A program made the translations under genes and the position numbers. From positions 1 to 43,334 of the IMG/VR virus record IMGVR_UViG_3300011441_000224: 43,334 bases of DNA, one strand, 5' to 3'. Below are positions 35,663 through 43,334 of the stretch, one piece after another. This stretch comes from a virus (lineage: Duplodnaviria; Caudoviricetes). The notes below the pieces were generated by a model that saw only the letters and a program-made list of their open reading frames with translations, did no database searches and was not told the DNA's origin. The first letter of the stretch is position 1, and every line of letters starts with the position of its first letter.

Positions 35663-36369
35663 AGATGAACCTTGTAGGGATCAGGTGGGCGGCTCGTCTT
35701 ACCCTCGTGTGTGCTGTGGCGGCCTCTGTGAGTGCCAACATACTTCATGCCGAGCCTAACCCGATTAGTCAGGCTATCGCAGCCTGGCCGCCCCTGGCGC
35801 TTTTACTGACGATAGAGCTCGTATCACGAGTTCCGGTACACCGAAGATCACTGGCCGGGATGAGGATTGCGGCGACCACGATTATCTCAGGGATAGCGGC
35901 CTGGGTGTCTTACTGGCATATGGTGGGAGTGGCGGCAAAGTATGGTGAAACCGATGCGTCGCCTTATCTCTTGCCAATCAGCGTAGATGGCTTAATTATT
36001 GTGGCTTCTATCTGCCTTGTAGAATTAGCCCGGAAACCAGAAAGCCGCCCGGAGGCGGCTGACCTGTCTGGCTATCTTGCGAAGTCCACAGGTGGACTTA
36101 TCACCGAACAGGAACCTTTGAACGGGGGCACGCCCCCAAACTCTAGAGTGGCTTCATTATCTCACGAAGATCAACAAACGCCAAACCGCCAATCGGTACT
36201 AGTTGATCGCCCCACCAAGCAAGCAGCCGACGACCTGAAGCAGAAAGCGATCCAGTGGGTCAAGGACTACCAAGGTCCGAGAACACTGACAGGCCCGATG
36301 GTGGGGGCCGAGTTTGGTCGTGGACGTTCGTGGGGCCAAGAGATTTTGAGGAAGGCAGAGACGTTATGA
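35653..36369 (+). CDS. DUF2637 membrane protein with a C-terminal HTH-like tail
   Basis: AASVSANILHA...IAAWPPLALL...AAWVSYWHM...LLPISVDGL. Confidence 0.8.
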   Translation: MGVEMNLVGIRWAARLTLVCAVAASVSANILHAEPNPISQAIAAWPPLALLLTIELVSRVPVHRRSLAGMRIAATTIISGIAAWVSYWHMVGVAAKYGETDASPYLLPISVDGLIIVASICLVELARKPESRPEAADLSGYLAKSTGGLITEQEPLNGGTPPNSRVASLSHEDQQTPNRQSVLVDRPTKQAADDLKQKAIQWVKDYQGPRTLTGPMVGAEFGRGRSWGQEILRKAETL

Positions 36370-36475
36370 AAAGTCTTGTTTTCGCGCCTTGTGACCTCCT
36401 TGGTATCGACCAACCCTTACCAGGCTCGTTTAGGCAGCTCAGACACTGTGGCCGGCGCAAGACGGGATTGTTGTC

Positions 36476-37129
36476 ATGACCCAGCTGCTCAGACTCTCTC
36501 CCCGCTACGAGGCCATCCGTCGGACCGTCGAACGCTTCGGCCAAGTCACCAGCTCTCAAGTCCGCAGATTGCACTTCACCACAGGGACTCAGATGGGGCG
36601 TAAGAACCGTTGTCAGGTCTCACTACAGCGTTTGGTCGAGCTTGGCTTCCTAGACCACGCAGCACGTCCTAAGGGCGGCTGGCAGGGCGGGAGTGGAGAG
36701 TACGTGTTCATCATCCCCAGGCGTAGGAGACCAAGACCCGACTGGCATACGTTGGACATTGTCGAGTTGTACGTCCGGCTAACTGAAGTAACGACGCTAA
36801 TCTTTCGGCCCGAGTACTTTGCCCACCAAAGATACGGTGGGTTGTTGTTAAAGCCTGACGGGTACATCCAGATCGGTGTTAAGAAGTATTGGCTTGAAAT
36901 GGACGAGTCATCCTGGTACCCCGGTAAGCTTAACGAGAAGATGAAAAGTTATCTGTCGGTGTTTGAGAGGTGGGAGAGGGACAAGGATGGGAAGATTCCC
37001 GGTGTGTTGTGGGTGTGCCATGATGAGCCTCGCAAAGATGAAATCCAGTCAGTTATACACAAGACAAGTGAGCCTGATCTGTTCCGGGTTGTGCTGTTCG
37101 AGGACGCGGTTAAGTTCATGGTAGGGTGA
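36476..37129 (+). CDS. Replication-relaxation family protein (Replic_Relax, MOBC-like relaxase)
   Basis: N-terminal wHTH (VTSSQVRRLHF...LQRLVELGFL), HTLDIVELY, PDG...LEMD...K. Confidence 0.85.
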   Translation: MTQLLRLSPRYEAIRRTVERFGQVTSSQVRRLHFTTGTQMGRKNRCQVSLQRLVELGFLDHAARPKGGWQGGSGEYVFIIPRRRRPRPDWHTLDIVELYVRLTEVTTLIFRPEYFAHQRYGGLLLKPDGYIQIGVKKYWLEMDESSWYPGKLNEKMKSYLSVFERWERDKDGKIPGVLWVCHDEPRKDEIQSVIHKTSEPDLFRVVLFEDAVKFMVG

Positions 37130-37132
37130 GCT

Positions 37133-37315
37133 GTGAAATATTCGTATGAAGTCAGGGTTGGGGATAACCACCACCAGGGTAACTTCGAGTCAGACCTCCG
37201 CCTCGGTAACGACGATGACCATGACGAGCTGTATCAACAGGCCGCAGAACTAGCTAGGGTCCACGGTGACTTTGATAACGACAGTCTCAGGGTGAGGTTG
37301 AGATACCCACAATAA
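37133..37315 (+). CDS. Hypothetical protein
   Basis: Last ORF of the operon, followed by the CCCCGTG/CACGGGG hairpin. Confidence 0.5.
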   Translation: MKYSYEVRVGDNHHQGNFESDLRLGNDDDHDELYQQAAELARVHGDFDNDSLRVRLRYPQ

Positions 37316-37528
37316 AAACCCCGTGGTGTTGTTCACGGGGCTAACAACTTGTGAGGCCGGGACAAAGTACTAGTACATAGGTACCTAGTCCTATATTACA
37401 CTACGTTTGAGGAAGTAAAACGCAGCAGGGAATAGTAGAAAGTGCAGCGCAAGCACCCAAAGCTACCGAGGCTCACACATTGCGCGGGCCCAAGCGAATA
37501 TCGGTCAGCTATCCACTTCCTCAAGGAC

Positions 37529-37579
37529 TTATCCACAACCAAAAAAGCGCTTGACCCGCAAAGGGTTCGGCGCTTTAAT
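37529..37579 (+). promoter_or_regulatory. Perfect DnaA box adjacent to a sigma70 promoter
   Basis: TTATCCACA 37529-37537; TTGACC 37551-56, 17 nt, TTTAAT 37574-79. Confidence 0.6.
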
Positions 37580-37586
37580 GGAGTAT

Positions 37587-37898
37587 ATGAATACAACTAA
37601 TCACACTCTAGATGAAAAGCGGCCGCCTGTAAAGCAGGTCGGCTATTTTGTTGACAAAATCGACCCGAACCAAATAGACCGAATCTGCGACCTATACTTG
37701 GAGATTTACGGCAGCGAACCTGGCCGAAAAGGGCTGGATAAGATCGGAGGGCTAAGTGGGTTTGATGCCCAAGTCAAGATCGAAACCCTAGAAATGATGC
37801 TGCGTATACAGACGGAAGATCCCACCATCCCTAAGGGAAATAATGGTTTAAAGAGCCAGTGTAAGAAGAGGGTGTTAAAGAAATACGGTCTGAGATAG
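37587..37898 (+). CDS. Hypothetical protein
   Basis: ATG just after the promoter. Confidence 0.55.
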   Translation: MNTTNHTLDEKRPPVKQVGYFVDKIDPNQIDRICDLYLEIYGSEPGRKGLDKIGGLSGFDAQVKIETLEMMLRIQTEDPTIPKGNNGLKSQCKKRVLKKYGLR

Positions 37899-38141
37899 TT
37901 TGCTGTTTGGCGAGGGGCCGAACGGTTCCTCGTTAGGCCACAAGCCTATAAATGAATACGACGCTTAACACTGGGATCACTTACTAACGTACCAGACACG
38001 TTTACGCCCGTCTGGTGGGCTAGGGACTACGGCTCCACAACTCGACCCTCACCCTTACAAGTCTGTCTTGGTTCGGGGATGGTGATTAGCATTAAGGCCC
38101 CCACCCGAAAAGCCGAAGGCTTTGAGGGGGCAGGACAGTCT

Positions 38142-38417
38142 ATGGAATCTTTATGGAAACAACCTCATAAGAAGCTCTCCAAAGCCCAAGAGTGGATCAA
38201 GTTTCGAGTTGCCTACTTGTCCAAGCACGTCAAAGAAAATGGCTGGTACGAGTGCATGAACTGTCACAGGTGGATCAAATACCCAGAGGTAGACCATGTT
38301 CAAAGGAGGGGAAGTCATGCGGAGCTGGTGTTTGACGAATCAAACTTAGCTATCCTCTGCAATGAGGCCCCAAACTACTGCCATGCGCGTAAAGACAGCG
38401 GCATGGTAATAAAATAG
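38142..38417 (+). CDS. Small HNH nuclease (NinG-like)
   Basis: CMNC...EVDHV...NLAILC...CH. Confidence 0.75.
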   Translation: MESLWKQPHKKLSKAQEWIKFRVAYLSKHVKENGWYECMNCHRWIKYPEVDHVQRRGSHAELVFDESNLAILCNEAPNYCHARKDSGMVIK

Positions 38418-38483
38418 CCCCCGAACCTAGCGCAAGGGATTGCATTTAGTCCGGGGAGCTCCATCCATAATAACACATTGCTA

Positions 38484-38511
38484 TTGACATGCTGAAACAT
38501 AAGCATATAAT
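38484..38511 (+). promoter_or_regulatory. Consensus sigma70 promoter
   Basis: TTGACA, 16 nt, TATAAT. Confidence 0.8.
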
Positions 38512-38540
38512 TGATAGTAAGATAAGCAAGGGAAAATCTA

Positions 38541-38705
38541 ATGACTCGTCATATTAAACCAACTTACGTCCGCCGGCCCATACAAGATCTTCAGGTCAAC
38601 CGCAGGGAGTCCGTTCTAGTCTGGGTTGTAATTGGGGTAGTCGTTGCTCTAGCCCTATGGTTCGGGTTGTTCCGTCTTGAAGGCAACTTACCGGGGGAAC
38701 TCTAA
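38541..38705 (+). CDS. Small membrane protein (54 aa)
   Basis: Read by hand; one TM; TAATG-coupled. Confidence 0.55.
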   Translation: MTRHIKPTYVRRPIQDLQVNRRESVLVWVVIGVVVALALWFGLFRLEGNLPGEL

Positions 38706-38980
38706 TGGAGCCAACTATCAACTTACTGGATGACGCCTTAGGCGCTCCACGTTCAATCCAAACTCAATGCCCATACTGCCGAGATTGGAAAGAAGTCACG
38801 GGGTTTCACGACTGCCATGCAGCCCAACAGGCCAAAGCTCATATCGACGATGTTATCGCAAGCATCAAACGCAACCAGGATGAATTCATCCGCGGTGGCC
38901 GGGAGATCCTCTCTACCCCCGAAGAAGATGAGAGGCGTAAGTACAAGCAAATAAGATTAAGCAGGACATACATGCAATGA
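38705..38980 (+). CDS. Hypothetical Zn-binding protein
   Basis: CPYC...HDC. Confidence 0.55.
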   Translation: MEPTINLLDDALGAPRSIQTQCPYCRDWKEVTGFHDCHAAQQAKAHIDDVIASIKRNQDEFIRGGREILSTPEEDERRKYKQIRLSRTYMQ

Positions 38981-39453
38981 GTTACAAGATCAAGAACATC
39001 GGCCCCGACAAAGAGATCACCACTAACAACGGAACCTTTAAGGTTTACTCCCTCCAGTTTGACGGCGATGAGTCATGGGTCGAGTTAATGCAAAAGCCGA
39101 CCACTCCGGCACCGACTGTTGGTCAAGAGTTAGAGGGCACAATCGAGACCACTCAGTACGGCAAGCGCTTCAAGCGCGTACAAGCCGCTGGAAGCTTCCA
39201 GGGCGGCCGGACCAACGATCCTGAAACAAGGGGCTCCATCGAGCGCCAGAGCGCTCTAAAAGCCGCTGTAGACACCGTACAGAATCACTACGTCACCACA
39301 GGCGACAAGCCGGGGACTCTACCTGAGTACCGGGTTGAGGTTCTAATCACGGCCAAAGAGTTTGCAGGCTTCTTGGCTAACGCCAACCCTGGTACAACGA
39401 TCAAAGCGGATGACAACCAACCGCCGGCTGAGAACTACAATGAGCCGGCCTGA
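38977..39453 (+). CDS. Putative ssDNA-binding or recombination protein
   Basis: OB-like N-terminus, SIERQSALKAAV helix, acidic tail. Confidence 0.45.
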   Translation: MSYKIKNIGPDKEITTNNGTFKVYSLQFDGDESWVELMQKPTTPAPTVGQELEGTIETTQYGKRFKRVQAAGSFQGGRTNDPETRGSIERQSALKAAVDTVQNHYVTTGDKPGTLPEYRVEVLITAKEFAGFLANANPGTTIKADDNQPPAENYNEPA

Positions 39454-39865
39454 TATCAGCGAAGTAGTAGCAGCCGTTCGCAAATATAACGAACAGTTTG
39501 CGGATGGGACCATTCGATTGGCAGACCTTGACCAGCTGTCTAATGTGGCGACGCGACTAGGTGCCTACAAAGTTTACTTGGGTGAGTACCTGGCTGAGCT
39601 GGAACGGGATGCGGATTTGGCTGAAGCTCATCGTGAGCAGGTCCGGGAACGGGCCTATAGGGATGCTCGGGAAGGCGGGAAGACCCAAGCTGACTCGGAC
39701 AACATCAAGCGGCTTGAGGGCGATCTAGCAACAGCTGAATGGATCGAGGCTAAGTACCAGTTCAAGACCGTGGCCAATCTCTGGCGGGATTCCGACCGGC
39801 TAATTGACACGTTGCGGAGCCGACTGAGTTATAAGAAGACTGAGATGCGGGACTCGAACCAATGA
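39440..39865 (+). CDS. Coiled-coil protein (UvsY-like?)
   Basis: Helical; ends IDTLRSRLSYKKTEM. Confidence 0.5.
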   Translation: MSRPDISEVVAAVRKYNEQFADGTIRLADLDQLSNVATRLGAYKVYLGEYLAELERDADLAEAHREQVRERAYRDAREGGKTQADSDNIKRLEGDLATAEWIEAKYQFKTVANLWRDSDRLIDTLRSRLSYKKTEMRDSNQ

Positions 39866-39979
39866 GACTTTACTGCGCCCTATGCAGAATCCAATTAATC
39901 GGCAACCTATTGCTCCACGTAGCAAGACGCCATCCCGACGCATATAGACTAATGAAAAGTAATAAACAGAGGTGAAAAG

Positions 39980-40297
39980 ATGGATCAGATGACTTTAGAA
40001 CTAGTGGAGGTGACGGAAGAGGCGATCGAAAGGGCCAGAGCACACGCTCACGCTGCCTGGTTACTAGAAGCTGAGTTCGTTATTAAAATGCTCGCCGCTA
40101 CTGGCCGGGCATTTACGACAGACGACGCTTGGTTCCGGCTAGATAAGAGCGGCCACACTACTCACGAGCCGAGGGCTTTGGGTGCGGTGATGCGAGACTT
40201 TGTAAGAGGTGGGCAGATCGTCCACACCGGGGAGTACTGGCCATCTGAGCGACGCGAATGCCATCGTCGGCCCGTGGCTGTTTGGATAGGGCGATGA
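39980..40297 (+). CDS. Hypothetical wHTH-like phage protein
   Basis: GAGGTG RBS; FTTDDAW...EPRALGAVM...CHRRPVAVW. Confidence 0.65.
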   Translation: MDQMTLELVEVTEEAIERARAHAHAAWLLEAEFVIKMLAATGRAFTTDDAWFRLDKSGHTTHEPRALGAVMRDFVRGGQIVHTGEYWPSERRECHRRPVAVWIGR

Positions 40298-40457
40298 TGA
40301 ACGTCATCACCGCGGTACTGCTGACGCTAATCGTGATCCCGACCTTCGACATTAAGTTAGGTGGCCTTCAGACCGTAGTGACTTGCGTTAGTGTCGCGTT
40401 TGTGGTATCTGTCTTAGAAAAGCATAGTGGTAATGATAAATAAAGGGAGAAGGTGAG

Positions 40458-40682
40458 ATGGGTGGGAGCGTTGAAGGAGCTAGAATCGCAGAGCAGACTA
40501 TGATCTCAGAGATGGGCGAGGAGAATTACCGAGCGTGGAGAAAAGAAATAGGGCGCAAAGGTAGACTAGCCGGGGTCGCCAGCGGGGGATCTAAAAGAGG
40601 TGGGTTTGCTGCAGACCCGGAGCTTGCTAAAGAAGCCGGCCGTATTGGGGGCCGCGTAAGCAAGCGGAGGAAGATGACGTGA
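40458..40682 (+). CDS. KGG-repeat / general-stress-like small basic protein
   Basis: EIGRKG...GGFAADPELAKEAGRIGGRVSKR. Confidence 0.75.
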   Translation: MGGSVEGARIAEQTMISEMGEENYRAWRKEIGRKGRLAGVASGGSKRGGFAADPELAKEAGRIGGRVSKRRKMT

Positions 40683-40867
40683 CCCGGCTAAACCACATGG
40701 AGGACGTCGTGTACCGAGCTTCCACCGAGCCACAGGCGTTTTTCTGCCGGCTGGACATTGTCGAGAGCCCATGTTGCAAGGCACTCTCTGTTATTCAGAC
40801 GGGGCCACAGTTCAATCATCGCCTCAAGCCTATCCGGCGCTGTGTACGTTGTCGTAATCCGTTCTGA
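40679..40867 (+). CDS. Small Cys-rich protein
   Basis: SPCC...RCVRC; GTGA overlap. Confidence 0.5.
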   Translation: MTRLNHMEDVVYRASTEPQAFFCRLDIVESPCCKALSVIQTGPQFNHRLKPIRRCVRCRNPF

Positions 40868-40872
40868 GAAAT

Positions 40873-40904
40873 GAGCCCCGGCCAAAAGAATGACCGGGGC
40901 TTTT
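40873..40904. terminator. Terminator between convergent units
   Basis: AGCCCCGG...CCGGGGCT-TTT. Confidence 0.75.
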
Positions 40905-40907
40905 GTG

Positions 40908-41240
40908 TCAGGCCTGAGCCTGAGTTGCTTCAGCGGCCTCTATGGCGCGCTGATATGCGTTCATCACCTCTTGCGAGACGCGGCCTTTGACAGCCACAGT
41001 ATATCCGTGAGCCTGCGCCCACTGACGAATTGCCTCCCTTTCGGGATCGGGTCCGGTAGTTGGCTTTCGCTCTACCACCGTACCGGCTGCGAAGTACTTG
41101 TCGAGGTACTTCATTAGTTTGTCGAACTCTGGCTTAGCCAGGTCGATAGTGACAGCCTTGTCATTGACCACAATCTTGTAGGTCTCAGCACCGGCCTCAC
41201 CAGATAAATCACAGCGTACAAGGTACTCGCGCATTTGCAT
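40908..41240 (-). CDS. lsr2: Lsr2 family nucleoid protein / xenogeneic silencer
   Basis: CDLSG...IDL dimerisation domain; IRQWAQAHGYTVAVKGRV DNA-binding domain; GGAGGTG RBS. Confidence 0.88.
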   Translation of the reverse strand: MQMREYLVRCDLSGEAGAETYKIVVNDKAVTIDLAKPEFDKLMKYLDKYFAAGTVVERKPTTGPDPEREAIRQWAQAHGYTVAVKGRVSQEVMNAYQRAIEAAEATQAQA

Positions 41241-41587
41241 CACCTCCCGGCGTAGCGCGTATTCGTATATTGGATCATTAAATGCGTTGCCGTCAAATGG
41301 CACCAAAAACCGAACATCAATTTGTTAGAGTTGTTGCTAGGCTTTTACCGACCCACGTAAGGTATGGCCTTAAAAGTCAAGCACTTAGCCTCAGGTATAG
41401 AAAATGGGTCGCACATTAAAATAGTGTACGACCCATTGTGCGACAGCGGGCCGCCCACACGCTAAGTGCTTAATCGTACCCGGCTCTAGAAAGAGAAGGG
41501 GACCCCCGCGTGGAGGCGGTGACTGAGTGTAGCACAAAAAGTAGAGCCGTCCGCACCCCAGGGGACGACCCTACTTCTTCACACCCG

Positions 41588-41776
41588 TTAAATGCCTTCT
41601 ATATTCTTCCAGCGCTTCGACCACTTCCTATAAGACCTGGTGAACTCGCCGTACTCTCTGCCCTCGTGGATGATCCGTGCCCGCCTAACCAGCGACTCCC
41701 TGCCTGACAGGATTAGGTAAGCGGACACTTTGGCGTCTTCTAAAGTTTTATCTTTCAGGATCACTACCAACTTCAT
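41588..41776 (-). CDS. Hypothetical protein
   Basis: GAGAGG RBS. Confidence 0.5.
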   Translation of the reverse strand: MKLVVILKDKTLEDAKVSAYLILSGRESLVRRARIIHEGREYGEFTRSYRKWSKRWKNIEGI

Positions 41777-41915
41777 CGCCTCTCCAAACGCCTAGGATGG
41801 TGATTTCCGGCCTCGCTTTATCGCCGTGGTGGCAGGTGCCTTCCCTTTGACCCCAGAATTGCCCACTGAAGAATCCCATGAACAGGATGGCGGTCAAGAT
41901 GATCATTCCGGCCAT
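41748..41915 (-). CDS. Small protein with a hydrophobic N-terminus (55 aa)
   Basis: Read by hand: AGGAGAG RBS, MAGMIILTAILFMGFFSGQFW... Confidence 0.4.
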   Translation of the reverse strand: MAGMIILTAILFMGFFSGQFWGQREGTCHHGDKARPEITILGVWRGDEVGSDPER

Positions 41916-42197
41916 TCAACTCTCCTAATCGGGTTACAGCCGTCTCTACTTTGGCTGTGGTTTTCGAGATGCGCCCGGAGCTGAAGCTCCCAGTCGAGCT
42001 GCTCGACACCTTCGGGTGCTAACCAACGATGACTCGAATCTGAGTAATGCATGTCCTCGTCTCTGGGCGTTAGCCAGCTCATCTAGCCTCCTTAGATGCC
42101 CGGGGGCCGAGCCCACCAGCCCGACCCCCGGTTCCCCCAACCCCCGCCAGCAACGCTCGGAGCAGCTACAGACGGTCTGAGCAGGGGTCGAACCTAC

Positions 42198-42238
42198 CAT
42201 GGATAGCATGGAAAGCAAGGGTTCCATGCCAGGCATGT
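42198..42238. promoter_or_regulatory. Putative GntR operator array
   Basis: CA(T/A)G at 42198, 42207, 42216, 42225 and 42234 (exact 9-bp period). Confidence 0.55.
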
Positions 42239-42262
42239 CAGCCTCCGTGCGAACCTGCGTAA

Positions 42263-42490
42263 GTGACGCCCCTGTACCAAGTGGTCATACACGACATAGA
42301 GCGTCAGATCGCCGCAGGACTGCTTAAACCCGGCGACCGGATTGGCTCGACCAGGGAGCTGTGTGCGCACTACGAGGTGTCCAAGACGGTCATAGCCCAG
42401 GCACTCACCATCCTCAAGGCTCAGGGCGTGCTAGAAGGCGCTCAGGGGCGCGGCGTGTTCATAGTTGATAACTCTGGCGCTAACGGCTAA
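42263..42490 (+). CDS. GntR-family winged-helix regulator (DNA-binding domain only)
   Basis: PLYQVVIHDIERQIAAGLLKPGDRIGSTRELCAHYEVS...GRGVFI. Confidence 0.9.
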   Translation: MTPLYQVVIHDIERQIAAGLLKPGDRIGSTRELCAHYEVSKTVIAQALTILKAQGVLEGAQGRGVFIVDNSGANG

Positions 42491-42516
42491 CCTCCGCCTA
42501 ACCAAGGGAGAGTGTT

Positions 42517-42885
42517 ATGGCCAGAGTTACTCGGTACATAGATGACTACAGTCAGAAAGAGCTGACTGAGGATGACGGGCAGACGGTCCACATCCAGGTA
42601 GGGGAAGACCACTGGGAGATGGATATGGGGGCTGACAGCCTCGGGAAGTTGCTCAAGGTGATGCTGCCTTGGACCGATAAGGCGATCAGCGTGGACGCAC
42701 CCAGACTGGAGCCGCGTAGGGGGCGAGGACGGTCTTCTGGAGCTGTAACCCGCACCAAGCTACCCGGTAAGGGACCGGAGTTCCTCCAGGCCGTGAGGAC
42801 GTGGGCAAGGGCCAACGGGTATGAACTATCAGACCGAGGGCGTATCAAGGCTGAGATTATGGATGCTTTTGAGGCAGCCCACTGA
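42517..42885 (+). CDS. lsr2: Lsr2 family protein (second copy)
   Basis: YIDD...WEMDM; AVRTWARANGYELSDRGRIKAEIMDAFEAAH with the RGR AT-hook. Confidence 0.9.
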   Translation: MARVTRYIDDYSQKELTEDDGQTVHIQVGEDHWEMDMGADSLGKLLKVMLPWTDKAISVDAPRLEPRRGRGRSSGAVTRTKLPGKGPEFLQAVRTWARANGYELSDRGRIKAEIMDAFEAAH

Positions 42886-42888
42886 CGA

Positions 42889-43062
42889 TTAGCTGTGCTG
42901 TGACCTGATTCGGCGTGGGTCATCACCGTCCTTGAACGGCTTGCCCCTTGGCTGGTCTTTCCAATTGCCCCGCCGCATTAGGATACGTTTCACTAACTTG
43001 TAGAGAAGTTGCCCTGGTCGCATGTCGGTCAGGGCTTTTTCTAGTGCGATGTAGTCGATCAT
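42889..43062 (-). CDS. Hypothetical protein (57 aa)
   Basis: ATG 43062 follows the stop of the repeat gene. Confidence 0.55.
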   Translation of the reverse strand: MIDYIALEKALTDMRPGQLLYKLVKRILMRRGNWKDQPRGKPFKDGDDPRRIRSQHS

Positions 43063-43063
43063 C

Positions 43064-43334
43064 TCAGTAGCTCCCGCTCCCGCTCCTGCTCCAGCTCCCG
43101 CTCCCGCTCCCGCTCCCGCTCCTGCTCCAGCTCCCGCTCCCGCTCCAGCTCCCGCTCCCGCTCCTGCTCCCGCTCCTGCTCCAGCTCCCGCTCCCGCTCC
43201 AGCTCCTGCTCCAGCTCCCGCTCCTGCTCCAGCTCCTGCTCCTGCTCCTGCTCCAGCTCCTGCTCCAGCTCCCGCTCCTGCTCCTGCTCCAGCTCCTGCT
43301 CCAGCTCCCGCTCCTGCTCCAGCCGTTTTCAAAG
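43064..43334 (-). CDS. C-terminal part of the (W/R/G)-Ser repeat protein
   Basis: About 42 NGGAGC hexamers ending ...GSY-TGA at 43064. Confidence 0.65.
   Translation of the reverse strand, partial: FENGWSRSGSWSRSWSRSRSGSWSRSWSRSRSRSWSRSGSWSRSWSGSGSWSRSGSRSGSGSWSGSGSWSRSGSGSGSGSWSRSGSGSY
43069..43323. repeat. Tandem hexamer repeat (GCTCCN)n
   Basis: Directly visible; only one position of the six varies. Confidence 0.95.

Noticed and set aside
42889-43332. 147-aa poly-GA ORF as listed in the track
   Set aside because: It depends on a TTG at the contig edge. The coupled ATG at 80 favours the Ser-repeat frame, so it is kept only as an alternative.
43069-43334. Diversity-generating retroelement explaining the repeat variants
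   Set aside because: No reverse transcriptase and no separate template/variable repeat pair were seen. The two copies are the contig ends.
1-43334. Alternative genetic code (stop-codon reassignment)
   Set aside because: Core genes are full length under code 11, and TAA, TAG and TGA all terminate genes at sensible positions.

Overview
The window looks like an essentially complete, circular 43.3-kb temperate podovirus-like phage genome. The first and last 54 nt overlap with two mismatches, and the circle is cut inside a hexamer-repeat gene. The backbone runs as follows: small early genes (YopX, HNH, transglycosylase); terminase, portal, scaffold and capsid; a head-tail adaptor, nozzle and tail fibre; a 1192-aa ejection-type protein carrying a RelA/SpoT-like domain; and an M23 lysis region. 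By recalled family resemblance this backbone looks like a Patescibacteria/Saccharibacteria phage. Two blocks look actinobacterial. The first (about 29.8-37.3 kb) has a phiRv1-type serine integrase and RDF-like gene, a VirD4-like coupling ATPase, DUF2637 and a Replic_Relax/MOBC-type relaxase. The second (about 40.9-42.9 kb) has two Lsr2 genes and a GntR gene with a 9-bp-periodic putative operator. A ~500-nt promoter-driven, heavily base-paired region lacking a credible ORF (551-1056) is a strong candidate large ncRNA, and two smaller candidate RNAs lie near 28.8 and 29.7 kb. No polymerase, primase, helicase, tRNA, CRISPR array or reverse transcriptase was recognised. All family calls come from motif recognition by eye, not database searches.
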